Source of the DNA: Lytechinus pictus
Taxonomy: Eukaryota
Assembly: GCF_037042905.1 (NCBI RefSeq)
Contig: NC_087247.1
Coordinates: 19,406,001 to 19,470,000 of the forward strand
DNA length: 64,000 nucleotides
Direction: 5' to 3'
Shown here in pieces: positions 10,217 through 23,684 of the stretch. The position numbers were made by a program, and so were the translations under genes. Positions within the stretch are counted from its first letter, which is position 1. Each line of letters opens with the position of its first letter. Under the pieces are notes generated by a model. The model made no database searches. It saw nothing but the letters and a program-made list of their open reading frames with translations, and was not told the origin of the DNA.

Positions 10217-13200
10217 TTCAACGACTAACTTTTTCACGCATGCAATATGACAGTTCTATATCAAATTCAACATCTTTTACAAAGGAAAACCACTGTTTTG
10301 ACTTTTAATTAATGAGAATTATCAATTGAATCTTGGGATACTCATATACCAGTATAACAACCACGAATTAACCTCCGTTTTAACAATATATTTCGAGTAA
10401 ATAATTAAAGTAGCCATAACTCAACTATGTACAAATCAATTTGTACCACTTGCCAAGGACTCGTATATACAGCACAGAACACTTTCATATTGACTGCCCA
10501 AAATATTGGAATTCCCTTCCTCTGAATATAAGAGAGAGTTAAAGCTAATGTACATTTAAACTTAAAGTTATATAAGAAATCGCTTTTTGCCTCCTACTCC
10601 CAACAACCTCCCTGGAATGTTTGACAATTATACAGATCCCATCTACGACCCTTTCCAGTGGCGGATTCAGGGGGCACAGGGGGCGCATGCCCCCCTAAAA
10701 AAATGTAAAATAAAGAAAAGGCGCCGCTTAAAAAAAATATACACTGATATAATATTAGCAACAGGAAGGAAAGACTATCCCCAACAAAGCACAATCATAT
10801 CATCTTCCTTATCTTTTCTTTTAACTACCCTTTTCCCAACAGCTTCGCCGGTTAAAAATAATCAGCAGTGCGCTGCCTGCATATAACTTGTGCCAATCAA
10901 GAATAATCAGCTCCACCTAAATCTAAATCGGCAACGGACAAGAAAAATCAGTACCGCTGATCAAGAATAATCAGCTCCGCCTAAATCCAAATCGGCGCCA
11001 GTAAAGAACGATCAGCACCATCTGGTTATAAATCGACGCCAGTCAAGATTAATCAGCGCCCCCAGGTTCTAAATCAGCGCCGGTAAAGACAAATCAGCGC
11101 TGCCTGAGTTTTAATCGGCGCCGATCAAGAATAATCAGCTCCACCTAAATCTAAATCGGCGCCGGACAAGAATAATCAGCACCACCTGGTTAAAAATCGG
11201 CGCCAGTCAAGAATAATCGGCGCCAGTCGATTATGAATTGCCGCTGCCTGAATCTTACGTGACATCGGTAAAAATAATCAGCACTACTTGTTCTAAATCG
11301 GCGCCGGTCAAGACAAATCGGTGCTGCCTTTGTCTTAACCGGCGCCGATCAAGAATAACCAGCGCCACCTAAATTTAAATCGGCGCCGGTCAAGAATAAT
11401 CAGCGTCCCCTGGTTCCAATAAATAGGCGCCGGTAGAATAATGAAGAAGGGCCTATATTGCAAACCAAATCTAGATCGGCGTCGGTCAAGAATGATCAGC
11501 GGCACCTGGTTATACATGTTATTGTTGAATGGTGGTCATAACGAATAACAAAGCTTATCGCATGCCCTTACAGAGTGAACTGGGGCGGGGCAGTTGCCCA
11601 CAGATGTCATGAAATCTTTAATTTGTTATTTAAAAAATCCCAGAATCATACAAAAGTGTAGAGCAAATCCTTTAATTTTGATCTTATTTTCCAATGCTTT
11701 AATAAAAAAAGGTCAGACGGTTGCTAATACCGGGAGTGTATAATTACGCAACCCGACGTATATTCGTTAGACCTTAAACCACTAAATATCATTTTCAATG
11801 TATAAATACAGTTTGTCAATACCTTTGTTTTAACGTTTAAATGTTTACGCCACAAAATTTGATTTATTTTCATCTTCCATTAAGTTAAATATTATTCATC
11901 TGATCACTCAGGAAGAAGTTAAAAACAAAGATAACGATACCTGTAAAACTGGAGAACTATTTCCAAAGCTCTGTCTTGAAGGATCTCTGTCTGAATTCAG
12001 GTCATAAGCATTATATCCAGTTTCATCAAAGTAATTAGATAAAAATTACTCATCATTACAAATTGCATTAGATTTAGTGAAATGCATCACAATATATATA
12101 TAAATACCAAATTCTGTATATAGGCCTATACATCATGTACATGAAAATTGAATGATAATATACTGTATAAAGCTGGATTGGTGATGTATTCCAAATGATT
12201 CATGATGTAGTATTATTGTATATATATAATTAAAAAAACCTTGTATCTCAATTAATATACAAAAGTATTGGCCTCATCGCAATAAAAGGGTTAGTACACG
12301 AGATTTTGAAATCGCACATAACATGCATAATTTGTGTTACTTTTTGCTTGTTTCTTTCTTTAATAAGTTTTTCAATCTCTCTCTATATATGTTTTAGAAA
12401 GATTATATGTTTAAATTGATGTATATTTTCTGTTATAATGAGATATGTTTAAGTGGACTTCAGGGAATGGTCGTACGCAGCAAGGGGAAAGGGGGGGGGG
12501 GGCAAATTCCCGATCAGCTGTTGTGAAAACACATTTTTTCCTTAACATTTCATGAAAACTATGAAAAATGTGAGATGTGCACCAAATACTTTTATTACAC
12601 TTGTAAAAAAATATAATCGCCCCATTGAGCAGCTCGGTCCGTTTACTCTGTCGTTTTTATTTTATCATCTGCGTGTGGTCATGCAAAATGGCATGACTGG
12701 AAATCCTACATTTTGAAAAGAGCATTTGACATGGTCGACTTTACCCCTTTTTCAACATTTTCTTTTATGGCGCCGGTGAAGTGCAAAAATATGTGCGCCG
12801 CTCGGCAGTACGCCCCCCCCCCCCCCCCCCTCGCCAGAAGCTGGATTCGCCTATGCTTTCCCCAATTTTTTTTTTCTCTCTCGCTTTCTTTTCACTATTA
12901 TTTTTCCCCTTTTTGTCTCCTTTAATTATCTGTTGTATTTTATCCTTTCTTCGTGGAGCCCCCACCCTCATACATCTTTGTTTAGTCTTTTTTATCATCC
13001 ATGACCAAGCATTTATCATCCCTGAAATCAAATCTCTGCTTACACTCCATCTCCTATAGTGTTCCTTTAATTGCGTTCAACGACTAACTTTTTCACGCAT
13101 GCAATATGACAGTTCTATATCAAATTCAACATCTTTTACAAAGGAAAACCACTGTTTTGACTTTTAATTAATGAGAATTATCAATTGAATCTTGGGATAC

Positions 13201-16200
13201 TCATATACCAGTATAACAACCACGAATTAACCTCCGTTTTAACAATATATTTCGAGTAAATAATTAAAGTAGCCATAACTCAACTATGTACAAATCAATT
13301 TGTACCACTTGCCAAGGACTCGTATATACAGCACAGAACACTTTCATATTGACTGCCCAAAATATTGGAATTCCCTTCCTCTGAATATAAGAGAGAGTTA
13401 AAGCTAATGTACATTTAAACTTAAAGTTATATAAGAAATCGCTTTTTGCCTCCTACTCCCAACAACCTCCCTGGAATGTTTGACAATTATACAGATCCCA
13501 TCTACGACCCTTTCCAGTGGCGGATTCAGGGGGCACAGGGGGCGCATGCCCCCCTAAAAACTGTAAAATAAAGAAAAGGCGCCGCTTAAAAAAAATATAC
13601 ACTGATATAATATTAGTTTTATATTTTTTATATTTGTTTTAACGTTTAAATGTTTACGCCACAAAATTTGATTTATTTTCATCTTCCATTAAGTTAAATA
13701 TTATTCATCTGATCACTCAGGAAGAAGTTAAAAACAAAGATAACGATACCTGTAAAACTGGAGAACTATTTCCAAAGCTCTGTCTTGAAGGATCTCTGTC
13801 TGAATTCAGGTCATAAGCATTATATCCAGTTTCATCAAAGTAATTAGATAAAAATTACTCATCATTACAAATTGCAAGGGGAAAGGGGGGGGGGCAAATT
13901 CCCGATCAGCTGTTGTGAAAACACATTTTTTCCTTAACATTTCATGAAAACTATGAAAAATGTGAGATGTGCACCAAATACTTTTATTACACTTGTAAAA
14001 AAATATAATCGCCCCATTGAGCAGCTCGGTCCGTTTACTCTGTCGTTTTTATTTTCTTTTCAAAAATATGTTCGAGTCTTGCCCCCCCCCCCCGGAAATA
14101 TTATCTGCGTGTGGTCATGCAAAATGGCATGACTGGAAATCCTACATTTTGAAAAGAGCATTTGACATGGTCGACTTTACCCCTTTTTCAACATTTTCTT
14201 TTATGGCGCCGGTGAAGTGCAAAAATATGTGCGCCGCTCGGCAGTACGCCCCCCCCCCCCCTTCGCCAGAAGCTGGATTCGCCTATGCTTTCCCCAATTT
14301 TTTTTTCTCTCTCGCTTTCTTTTCACTATTATTTTTCCCCTTTTTGTCTCCTTTAATTATCTGTTGTATTTTATCCTTTCTTCGTGGAGCCCCCACCCTC
14401 ATACATCTTTGTTTAGTCTTTTTTATCATCCATGACCAAGCATTTATCATCCCTGAAATCAAATCTCTGCTTACACTCCATCTCCTATAGTGTTCCTTTA
14501 ATTGCGTTCAACGACTAACTTTTTCACGCATGCAATATGACAGTTCTATATCAAATTCAACATCTTTTACAAAGGAAAACCACTGTTTTGACTTTTAATT
14601 AATGAGAATTATCAATTGAATCTTGGGATACTCATATACCAGTATAACAACCACGAATTAACCTCCGTTTTAACAATATATTTCGAGTAAATAATTAAAG
14701 TAGCCATAACTCAACTATGTACAAATCAATTTGTACCACTTGCCAAGGACTCGTATATACAGCACAGAACACTTTCATATTGACTGCCCAAAATATTGGA
14801 ATTCCCTTCCTCTGAATATAAGAGAGAGTTAAAGCTAATGTACATTTAAACTTAAAGTTATATAAGAAATCGCTTTTTGCCTCCTACTCCCAACAACCTC
14901 CCTGGAATGTTTGACAATTATACAGATCCCATCTACGACCCTTTCCAGTGGCGGATTCAGGGGGCACAGGGGGCGCATGCCCCCCTAAAAACTGTAAAAT
15001 AAAGAAAAGGCGCCGCTTAAAAAAAATATACACTGATATAATATTAGCAACAGGAAGGAAAGACTATCCCCAACAAAGCACAATCATATCATCTTCCTTA
15101 TCTTTTCTTTTAACTACCCTTTTCCCAACAGCTTCGCCGGTTAAAAATAATCAGCAGTGCGCTGCCTGCATATAACTTGTGCCAATCAAGAATAATCAGC
15201 TCCACCTAAATCTAAATCGGCAACGGACAAGAAAAATCAGTACCGCTGATCAAGAATAATCAGCTCCGCCTAAATCCAAATCGGCGCCAGTAAAGAACGA
15301 TCAGCACCATCTGGTTATAAATCGACGCCAGTCAAGATTAATCAGCGCCCCCAGGTTCTAAATCAGCGCCGGTAAAGACAAATCAGCGCTGCCTGAGTTT
15401 TAATCGGCGCCGATCAAGAATAATCAGCTCCACCTAAATCTAAATCGGCGCCGGACAAGAATAATCAGCACCACCTGGTTAAAAATCGGCGCCAGTCAAG
15501 AATAATCGGCGCCAGTCGATTATGAATTGCCGCTGCCTGAATCTTACGTGACATCGGTAAAAATAATCAGCACTACTTGTTCTAAATCGGCGCCGGTCAA
15601 GACAAATCGGTGCTGCCTTTGTCTTAACCGGCGCCGATCAAGAATAACCAGCGCCACCTAAATTTAAATCGGCGCCGGTCAAGAATAATCAGCGTCCCCT
15701 GGTTCCAATAAATAGGCGCCGGTAGAATAATGAAGAAGGGCCGATATTGCAAACCAAATCTAGATCGGCGTCGGTCAAGAATGATCAGCGGCACCTGGTT
15801 ATACATGTTATTGTTGAATGGTGGTCATAACGAATAACAAAGCTTATCGCATGCCCTTACAGAGTGGACTGGGGCGGGGCAGTTGCCCACAGATGTCATG
15901 AAATCTTTAATTTGTTATTTAAAAAATCCCAGAATCATACAAAAGTGTAGAGCAAATCCTTTAATTTTGATCTTATTTTCCAATGCTTTAATAAAAAAAG
16001 GTCAGACGGTTGCTAATACCGGGAGTGTATAATTACGCAACCCGACGTATATTCGTTAGACCTTAAACCACTAAATATCATTTTCAATGTATAAATACAG
16101 TTTGTCAATACCTTTGTTTTAACGTTTAAATGTTTACGCCACAAAATTTGATTTATTTTCATCTTCCATTAAGTTAAATATTATTCATCTGATCACTCAG

Positions 16201-19200
16201 GAAGAAGTTAAAAACAAAGATAACGATACCTGTAAAACTGGAGAACTATTTCCAAAGCTCTGTCTTGAAGGATCTCTGTCTGAATTCAGGTCATAAGCAT
16301 TATATCCAGTTTCATCAAAGTAATTAGATAAAAATTACTCATCATTACAAATTGCATTAGATTTAGTGAAAAGCATCACAATATATATATAAATACCAAA
16401 TTCTGTATATAGGCCTATACATCATGTACATGAAAATTGAATGATAATATACTGTATAAAGCTGGATTGGTGATGTATTCCAAATGATTCATGATGTAGT
16501 ATTATTGTATATATATAATTAAAAAAACCTTGTATCTCAATTAATATTCAAAAGTATTGGCCTCATCGCAATAAAAGGGTTAGTACACGAGATTTTGAAA
16601 TCGCACATAACATGCATAATTTGTGTTACTTTTTGCTTGTTTCTTTCTTTAATAAGTTTTTCAATCTCTCTCTATATATGTTTTAGAAAGATTATATGTT
16701 TAAATTGATGTATATTTTCTGTTATAATGAGATATGTTTAAGTGGACTTCAGGGAATGGTCGTACGCAGCAAGGGGAAAGGGGGGGGGGCAAATTCCCGA
16801 TCAGCTGTTGTGAAAACACATTTTTTCCTTAACATTTCATGAAAACTATGAAAAATGTGAGATGTGCACCAAATACTTTTATTACACTTGTAAAAAAATA
16901 TAATCGCCCCATTGAGCAGCTCGGTCCGTTTACTCTGTCGTTTTTATTTTCTTTTCAAAAATATGTTCGAGTCTTGCCCCCCCCCCCCGGAAATATTATC
17001 TGCGTGTGGTCATGCAAAATGGCATGACTGGAAATCCTACATTTTGAAAAGAGCATTTGACATGGTCGACTTTACCCCTTTTTCAACATTTTCTTTTATG
17101 GCGCCGGTGAAGTGCAAAAATATGTGCGCCGCTCGGCAGTACGCCCCCCCCCCCCTTCGCCAGAAGCTGGATTCGCCTATGCTTTCCCCAATTTTTTTTT
17201 CTCTCTCGCTTTCTTTTCACTATTATTTTTCCCCTTTTTGTCTCCTTTAATTATCTGTTGTATTTTATCCTTTCTTCGTGGAGCCCCCACCCTCATACAT
17301 CTTTGTTTAGTCTTTTTTATCATCCATGACCAAGCATTTATCATCCCTGAAATCAAATCTCTGCTTACACTCCATCTCCTATAGTGTTCCTTTAATTGCG
17401 TTCAACGACTAACTTTTTCACGCATGCAATATGACAGTTCTATATCAAATTCAACATCTTTTACAAAGGAAAACCACTGTTTTGACTTTTAATTAATGAG
17501 AATTATCAATTGAATCTTGGGATACTCATATACCAGTATAACAACCACGAATTAACCTCCGTTTTAACAATATATTTCGAGTAAATAATTAAAGTAGCCA
17601 TAACTCAACTATGTACAAATCAATTTGTACCACTTGCCAAGGACTCGTATATACAGCACAGAACACTTTCATATTGACTGCCCAAAATATTGGAATTCCC
17701 TTCCTCTGAATATAAGAGAGAGTTAAAGCTAATGTACATTTAAACTTAAAGTTATATAAGAAATCGCTTTTTGCCTCCTACTCCCAACAACCTCCCTGGA
17801 ATGTTTGACAATTATACAGATCCCATCTACGACCCTTTCCAGTGGCGGATTCAGGGGGCACAGGGGGCGCATGCCCCCCTAAAAACTGTAAAATAAAGAA
17901 AAGGCGCCGCTTAAAAAAAATATACACTGATATAATATTAGCAACAGGAAGGAAAGACTATCCCCAACAAAGCACAATCATATCATCTTCCTTATCTTTT
18001 CTTTTAACTACCCTTTTCCCAACAGCTTCGCCGGTTAAAAATAATCAGCAGTGCGCTGCCTGCATATAACTTGTGCCAATCAAGAATAATCAGCTCCACC
18101 TAAATCTAAATCGGCAACGGACAAGAAAAATCAGTACCGCTGATCAAGAATAATCAGCTCCGCCTAAATCCAAATCGGCGCCAGTAAAGAACGATCAGCA
18201 CCATCTGGTTATAAATCGACGCCAGTCAAGATTAATCAGCGCCCCCAGGTTCTAAATCAGCGCCGGTAAAGACAAATCAGCGCTGCCTGAGTTTTAATCG
18301 GCGCCGATCAAGAATAATCAGCTCCACCTAAATCTAAATCGGCGCCGGACAAGAATAATCAGCACCACCTGGTTAAAAATCGGCGCCAGTCAAGAATAAT
18401 CGGCGCCAGTCGATTATGAATTGCCGCTGCCTGAATCTTACGTGACATCGGTAAAAATAATCAGCACTACTTGTTCTAAATCGGCGCCGGTCAAGACAAA
18501 TCGGTGCTGCCTTTGTCTTAACCGGCGCCGATCAAGAATAACCAGCGCCACCTAAATTTAAATCGGCGCCGGTCAAGAATAATCAGCGTCCCCTGGTTCC
18601 AATAAATAGGCGCCGGTAGAATAATGAAGAAGGGCCGATATTGCAAACCAAATCTAGATCGGCGTCGGTCAAGAATGATCAGCGGCACCTGGTTATACAT
18701 GTTATTGTTGAATGGTGGTCATAACGAATAACAAAGCTTATCGCATGCCCTTACAGAGTGGACTGGGGCGGGGCAGTTGCCCACAGATGTCATGAAATCT
18801 TTAATTTGTTATTTAAAAAATCCCAGAATCATACAAAAGTGTAGAGCAAATCCTTTAATTTTGATCTTATTTTCCAATGCTTTAATAAAAAAAGGTCAGA
18901 CGGTTGCTAATACCGGGAGTGTATAATTACGCAACCCGACGTGTATTCGTTAGACCTTAAACCACTAAATATCATTTTCAATGTATAAATACAGTTTGTC
19001 AATACCTTTGTTTTAACGTTCAAATGTTTACGCCACAAAATTTGATTTATTTTCATCTTCCATTAAGTTAAATATTATTCATCTGATCACTCAGGAAGAA
19101 GTTAAAAACAAAGATAACGATACCTGTAAAACTGGAGAACTATTTCCAAAGCTCTGTCTTGAAGGATCTCTGTCTGAATTCAGGTCATAAGCATTATATC

Positions 19201-20305
19201 CAGTTTCATCAAAGTAATTAGATAAAAATTACTCATCATTACAAATTGCATTAGATTTAGTGAAAAGCATCACAATATATATATAAATACCAAATTCTGT
19301 ATATAGGCCTATACATCATGTACATGAAAATTGAATGATAATATACTGTATAAAGCTGGATTGGTGATGTATTCCAAATGATTCATGATGTAGTATTATT
19401 GTATATATATAATTAAAAAAACCTTGTATCTCAATTAATATTCAAAAGTATTGGCCTCATCGCAATAAAAGGGTTAGTACACGAGATTTTGAAATCGCAC
19501 ATAACATGCATAATTTGTGTTACTTTTTGCTTGTTTCTTTCTTTAATAAGTTTTTCAATCTCTCTCTATATATGTTTTAGAAAGATTATATGTTTAAATT
19601 GATGTATATTTTCTGTTATAATGAGATATGTTTAAGTGGACTTCAGGGAATGGTCGTACGCAGCAAGGGGAAAGGGGGGGGCAAATTCCCGATCAGCTGT
19701 TGTGAAAACACATTTTTTCCTATATATTTCATGAAAACTATGAAAAATGTGAGATGTGCACCAAATACTTTTATTACACTTGTAAAAAAATATAATCGCC
19801 CCATTGAGCAGCTCGGTCCGTTTACTCTGTCGTTTTTATTTTCTTTTCAAAAATATGTTCGAGTCTTGCCCCCCCCCCCCGGAAATATTATCTGCGTGTG
19901 GTCATGCAAAATGGCATGACTGGAAATCCTACATTTTGAAAAGAGCATTTGACATGGTCGACTTTACCCCTTTTTCAACATTTTCTTTTATGGCGCCGGT
20001 GAAGTGCAAAAATATGTGCGCCGCTCGGCAGTACGCCCCCCCCCCCCCCCCCCCCCTTCGCCAGAAGCTGGATTCGCCTATGCTTTCCCCAATTTTTTTT
20101 TCTCTCTCGCTTTCTTTTCACTATTATTTTTTCCCCTTTTTGTCTCCTTTAATTATCTGTTGTATTTTATCCTTTCTTCGTGGAGCCCCCACCCTCATAC
20201 ATCTTTGTTTAGTCTTTTTTATCATCCATGACCAAGCATTTATCATCCCTGAAATCAAATCTCTGCTTACACCCCATCTCCTATAGTGTTCCTTTAATTG
20301 CGTTC
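10217..20305. repeat. Tandem array of four near-identical ~2.9-kb units (10217, 13076 [internally deleted, 1431 bp], 14507, 17401)
   Basis: The same junction TGCGTTCAACGACTAAC occurs at 13072, 14503 and 17397, and the same spurious short ORFs recur in each unit. Confidence 0.95.
10840..11515. repeat. Degenerate ~39-bp minisatellite (consensus ~AATCGGCGCCGGTCAAGAATAATCAGCGCCACCTGGTTCTA); also at ~15130-15805 and ~18025-18700
   Basis: Alternating AATCGGCGCC and AAGAATAATCAGC sub-motifs are directly visible. Confidence 0.85.
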
Positions 20306-20576
20306 TGTTCGAGAAATCAGCGTCATTCAATCCTCGCTTCTTAGCTGGTCTCTTTTTTTCATAGCTGTTTTTTTTTTCTTTTTCATTGTAAGCATACATA
20401 CAACTATACTCCTAAAAAGGTTTGATTTATGTATTTTTTTCTATAGATTATTTGCATTTTTATTACCAATTTGCAAAAAATAGGCTACTTTGGGGGTTAT
20501 GATTGATTTGTCTCGATTTATGTAATTGATTTTTATTTGTGTTCCTCTAATTTGTATGGTGAAAAAATAAATATTA

Positions 20577-20737
20577 CACTATAAAAAATGAAGTGCTAAT
20601 TTAGCACTTACAGTGCTTGCATATTGAATGCACTACGATTGCTGATTTTTTTAGTTCAAATTTAAACTAGAAAATCAGCACTCGTAGTGCAGTCACATAC
20701 AAGCACTTTAAGTGCTAAATTAGCACTTTTTACAGTG
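20577..20737. mobile_element. Short palindromic MITE (CACT...AGTG termini, TA flanks)
   Basis: TA|CACTATAAAAAATGAAGTGCTAATTTAGCACTTA ... TAAGTGCTAAATTAGCACTTTTTACAGTG|TA. Confidence 0.7.
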
Positions 20738-20806
20738 TATATTTTCAATTTGAAACAAGTATGGTTAGTACATTCAAGATCCAATAATAAAAATCAAACT
20801 TACTTA

Positions 20807-21033
20807 CACTCTAAAAACACTGAATAAAATTGTGCCCAATATTGGGTAAACAGGGAACATGCATGTTTGCTGGGTTGTTTGTTTTACCCCAAATTGGGCT
20901 AAATGCATGTTTAAGGGTAAATTTCAACGCAGCATTGCGTAAAATAAAAAAAATTGTATCTTTTCACCCAACCATCACGCATGTTCCCATTTTATCCAAT
21001 AGTAGGTATAGTGGGTAAACCCTTTTTAGAGTG
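20807..21033. mobile_element. MITE (CACTCTAAAAA TIR, TA flanks)
   Basis: TA|CACTCTAAAAA ... TTTTTAGAGTG|TA. Confidence 0.65.
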
Positions 21034-21385
21034 TATTTAGCAAACTGTTAAACAAATATATACATGTAGATAAAAGTTTGTAATATATTGTAAACAAAGT
21101 TAAAAAATCTAGCAGTGTTCTTACTGTGAATAACGTTAAGACCTCCTTTAGGCCAAGCTTACCAAAGGAACTAAGGGGGAAAATAATAACAATGCAGTAT
21201 TCAGTTCAATTCATTTTATTTCATTCACAGTAAATAAGAAATACACAAATGTAGAAGGGCCTGTTACAACCGATAATGTCGCAGATTGCGACATTATGCC
21301 AAGAGCGTCCGACGCATAATGTCGCAGTCAACGCATAATGTCGTAGTTTTTCTAACGCATAACGTCACATGTCACAACGCATAAT

Positions 21386-21905
21386 CCCGGGGGGGGGGTG
21401 GGCACTCAGTATATAATGCATAGTGGGTATGTGCCGCGGAGGGGACCCCCTTTTTAAACTCAAATTTCCGTTCCGAGGCATAGCATTTTTGTCTTATTGA
21501 GAAAAAGAACAAAGAAAGCCGCTCTAAAGCATAGCATTTTCTTCTTCTCGAGAAAAAAGAAGAAAAAAAATCCGCTCCAGGGCTTCGCATATTTTCCGTT
21601 ACGCCGTTCCGGTCGCAATTTTGGTGAAAAGCGACCGCAGCTCGCTGTCTGACCATCGCCTCTGCGCTAGCGCGCCCGGCAGTCGTGCCGCAGCCCAGCT
21701 GCATGCACGTTCCATAGGGATGCATACGCACTCGCACGCAGGCGACCGTTCCAAGGACCCCCGTTTTCACAAACATTTGTAGTTCCGAAGCCCGTTCCGA
21801 GGACCCTCCTTTTTACAATAAGCCCGCTCCAAGGCCCCCGTTTTTTTGTCTCGCCCGCGGCACACCCCCACCACTTTTTTGGTCGAGTCCCCCCCCCCCC
21901 CCGGG
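21386..21905. mobile_element. MITE with CCCGGG(G)n termini and 8-bp TSD CGCATAAT, nested in the left arm of the foldback element
   Basis: CGCATAAT|CCCGGGGGGG...CACTC ... GAGTCCCCCC...CCCGGG|CGCATAAT; absent from the opposite arm. Confidence 0.8.
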
Positions 21906-22851
21906 CGCATAATGTCGCAGCAAATTGTCAACGAATAATGTCACATGTCGCAACGCATAATGTCACAGTGGTATTTTCTTCAGGACTCGAGCTACAGATA
22001 AGATATAAAATATGCTTTCACTAAGTATTTTGAGACACGAGAAAGAGAATAAGTGATTTGGAAGTCAGGATTACTCTTTGTATGGATATTTATCGGTTTT
22101 ATTGCCATTTCGTCTACGGTACTGCCTTTTTCCCACTATCGCATGGTCTGATATCATTTCATATACCATTAGTTAGTCAACTATCACCATAGTCCAATAA
22201 CCATTTCGTCTAATTACCATCTCGTCTAATAGCCAGTTGGTCTAATAGCTGTTTTGTTTATTATCATTTAGTATAATTGTATTTTTTTCAATTGGTCCAA
22301 TATCCACTTTGTCCAATATCATTACTTCTATTACCTTTTGGTCTAATAGCCAATTGGTCTAATAACCACTTGGTCTACTCTCATTTCGTCCATGTTCCAT
22401 TTGGTCTAACTTCAGTTGGTTCACTATCACTTTGTCTAATCCCATTTCGGCTAACAATCATTTGGTAGATTTGCCATGGGTCCAACCACCAATAGGTCTA
22501 ATCACCATCTCGTCTAATCATCATTTCGTCCAATAGGCATATTCATTTCATCTTATAACCATAATGGTCTACTGGCGCTAAACCTCTACGGTGACTCTAT
22601 GTATCATTGCCGATTTGTTGCAGTACTACTCCTGATTTGTGGTTCAGATCAGCTCGCGAGCGCAAAAAAAACCCTTTACCATCCGCCGACAGGGCATAGG
22701 CAGGGAAAAGGAAGGGGAACGAAAGAAAAGGGAAAAGAAGGGGAAAGAGAGGAGGGAAAATGAGGAAAAATAAGAGGAGACAGAAGAGTGAATAAAATAG
22801 GGTGAGGTGAAGACTTTGAAAATTAAAAAAAAAAACTTTCATGTCTCAAAA

Positions 22852-23051
22852 GAGGCGCGATAGCTCAGTCGGTAAAGCGGGGGTTTCCGATTCCGGTGAC
22901 CCATATTCGATTCCCAATTGGTGCGTTAGTGCCCCTTGGTGAGGCATAATAGTCATTTTCCTACCAGGTCCCTTGGAGAGGACCTTAAGCCGTCGGTCCC
23001 CTGGTTGCTTGCTTACAAGCATTCATGCTTTCTTAGCAACCAGGTAAAAAA
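22852..23051 (+). mobile_element. tRNA-derived SINE (duplicate of 411-610)
   Basis: Nearly identical to 411-610. Confidence 0.8.
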
Positions 23052-23496
23052 ATCACCATGTACTATATAGGCTAAAATTTTCGCTTCGCGCTGGTATCCA
23101 TATCTACTTCAGAATTTTCATGCACAGTGCTTGAAAAAGTGCATAAATTTACCCTTTTTCGGACTGGAATATGAAGTATTTTTAGCTCATGCTTCGCTCT
23201 CGCTTTATGTTTTTTCAGTTCTGATTTGCTTTGCAAAGGGTACATCGATAATTATTACTATTACTGTTTTTACTATTACGAAGTTATATTTATGCATGTG
23301 TGTAAAATTAGGTATTGAAACTAAGTTTTGGGGCTGGCCTCACATACAAGCATTGCTTATTTTCGGCAGTCCCTCCGTTTCACTCTAATATACAAAAAAA
23401 TAATAATTTAAGGCAGCTTAATGTCATTAATTGTGTTTATCAAATCTATAGGCCTTATTGTGTTTTATAAGATGTTATGTTATGTTATACCGAGGT

Positions 23497-23684
23497 TCTA
23501 CCTGACTGCTAAGAAAGCACGAATACCTGTGAGCAAGCAACCAGGGGACCAACGGCTTAAGGTCCTCTCCGAGGGACCTGGTAATGAGGATAAATGCCTT
23601 ACCAAAGGGCACTAGCGCACCACTTGGGAATCGAACCCGGGTCAGCGGAATCCGAAACCCCTGCTCTACCGACTGAGCTATCGC
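23497..23684 (-). mobile_element. tRNA-derived SINE (duplicate of 1055-1242)
   Basis: Nearly identical to 1055-1242. Confidence 0.8.

Larger units (their letters stand above)
1..10520. repeat. Segmental duplication unit 1 (paralogous to ~22441-29985; left boundary lies outside the window)
   Basis: Window position 1 (cccatttcggctaacaatca...) recurs at 22441. Homology continues through the GPCR to ~5597/27995, then resumes at ~8500/28005 and ~10175-10520/28035-29985 around copy-specific insertions. Confidence 0.95.

Noticed and set aside
10840-11515. CRISPR-like periodicity
   Set aside because: The units are degenerate tandem repeats with no constant repeat plus unique spacer structure, there are no cas genes, and the context is eukaryotic.
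12713-20483. Repeated hydrophobic short ORFs in the 2.9-kb array
   Set aside because: Frames shift with homopolymer length between copies, and the Phe/Leu bias reflects pyrimidine-rich low-complexity DNA.
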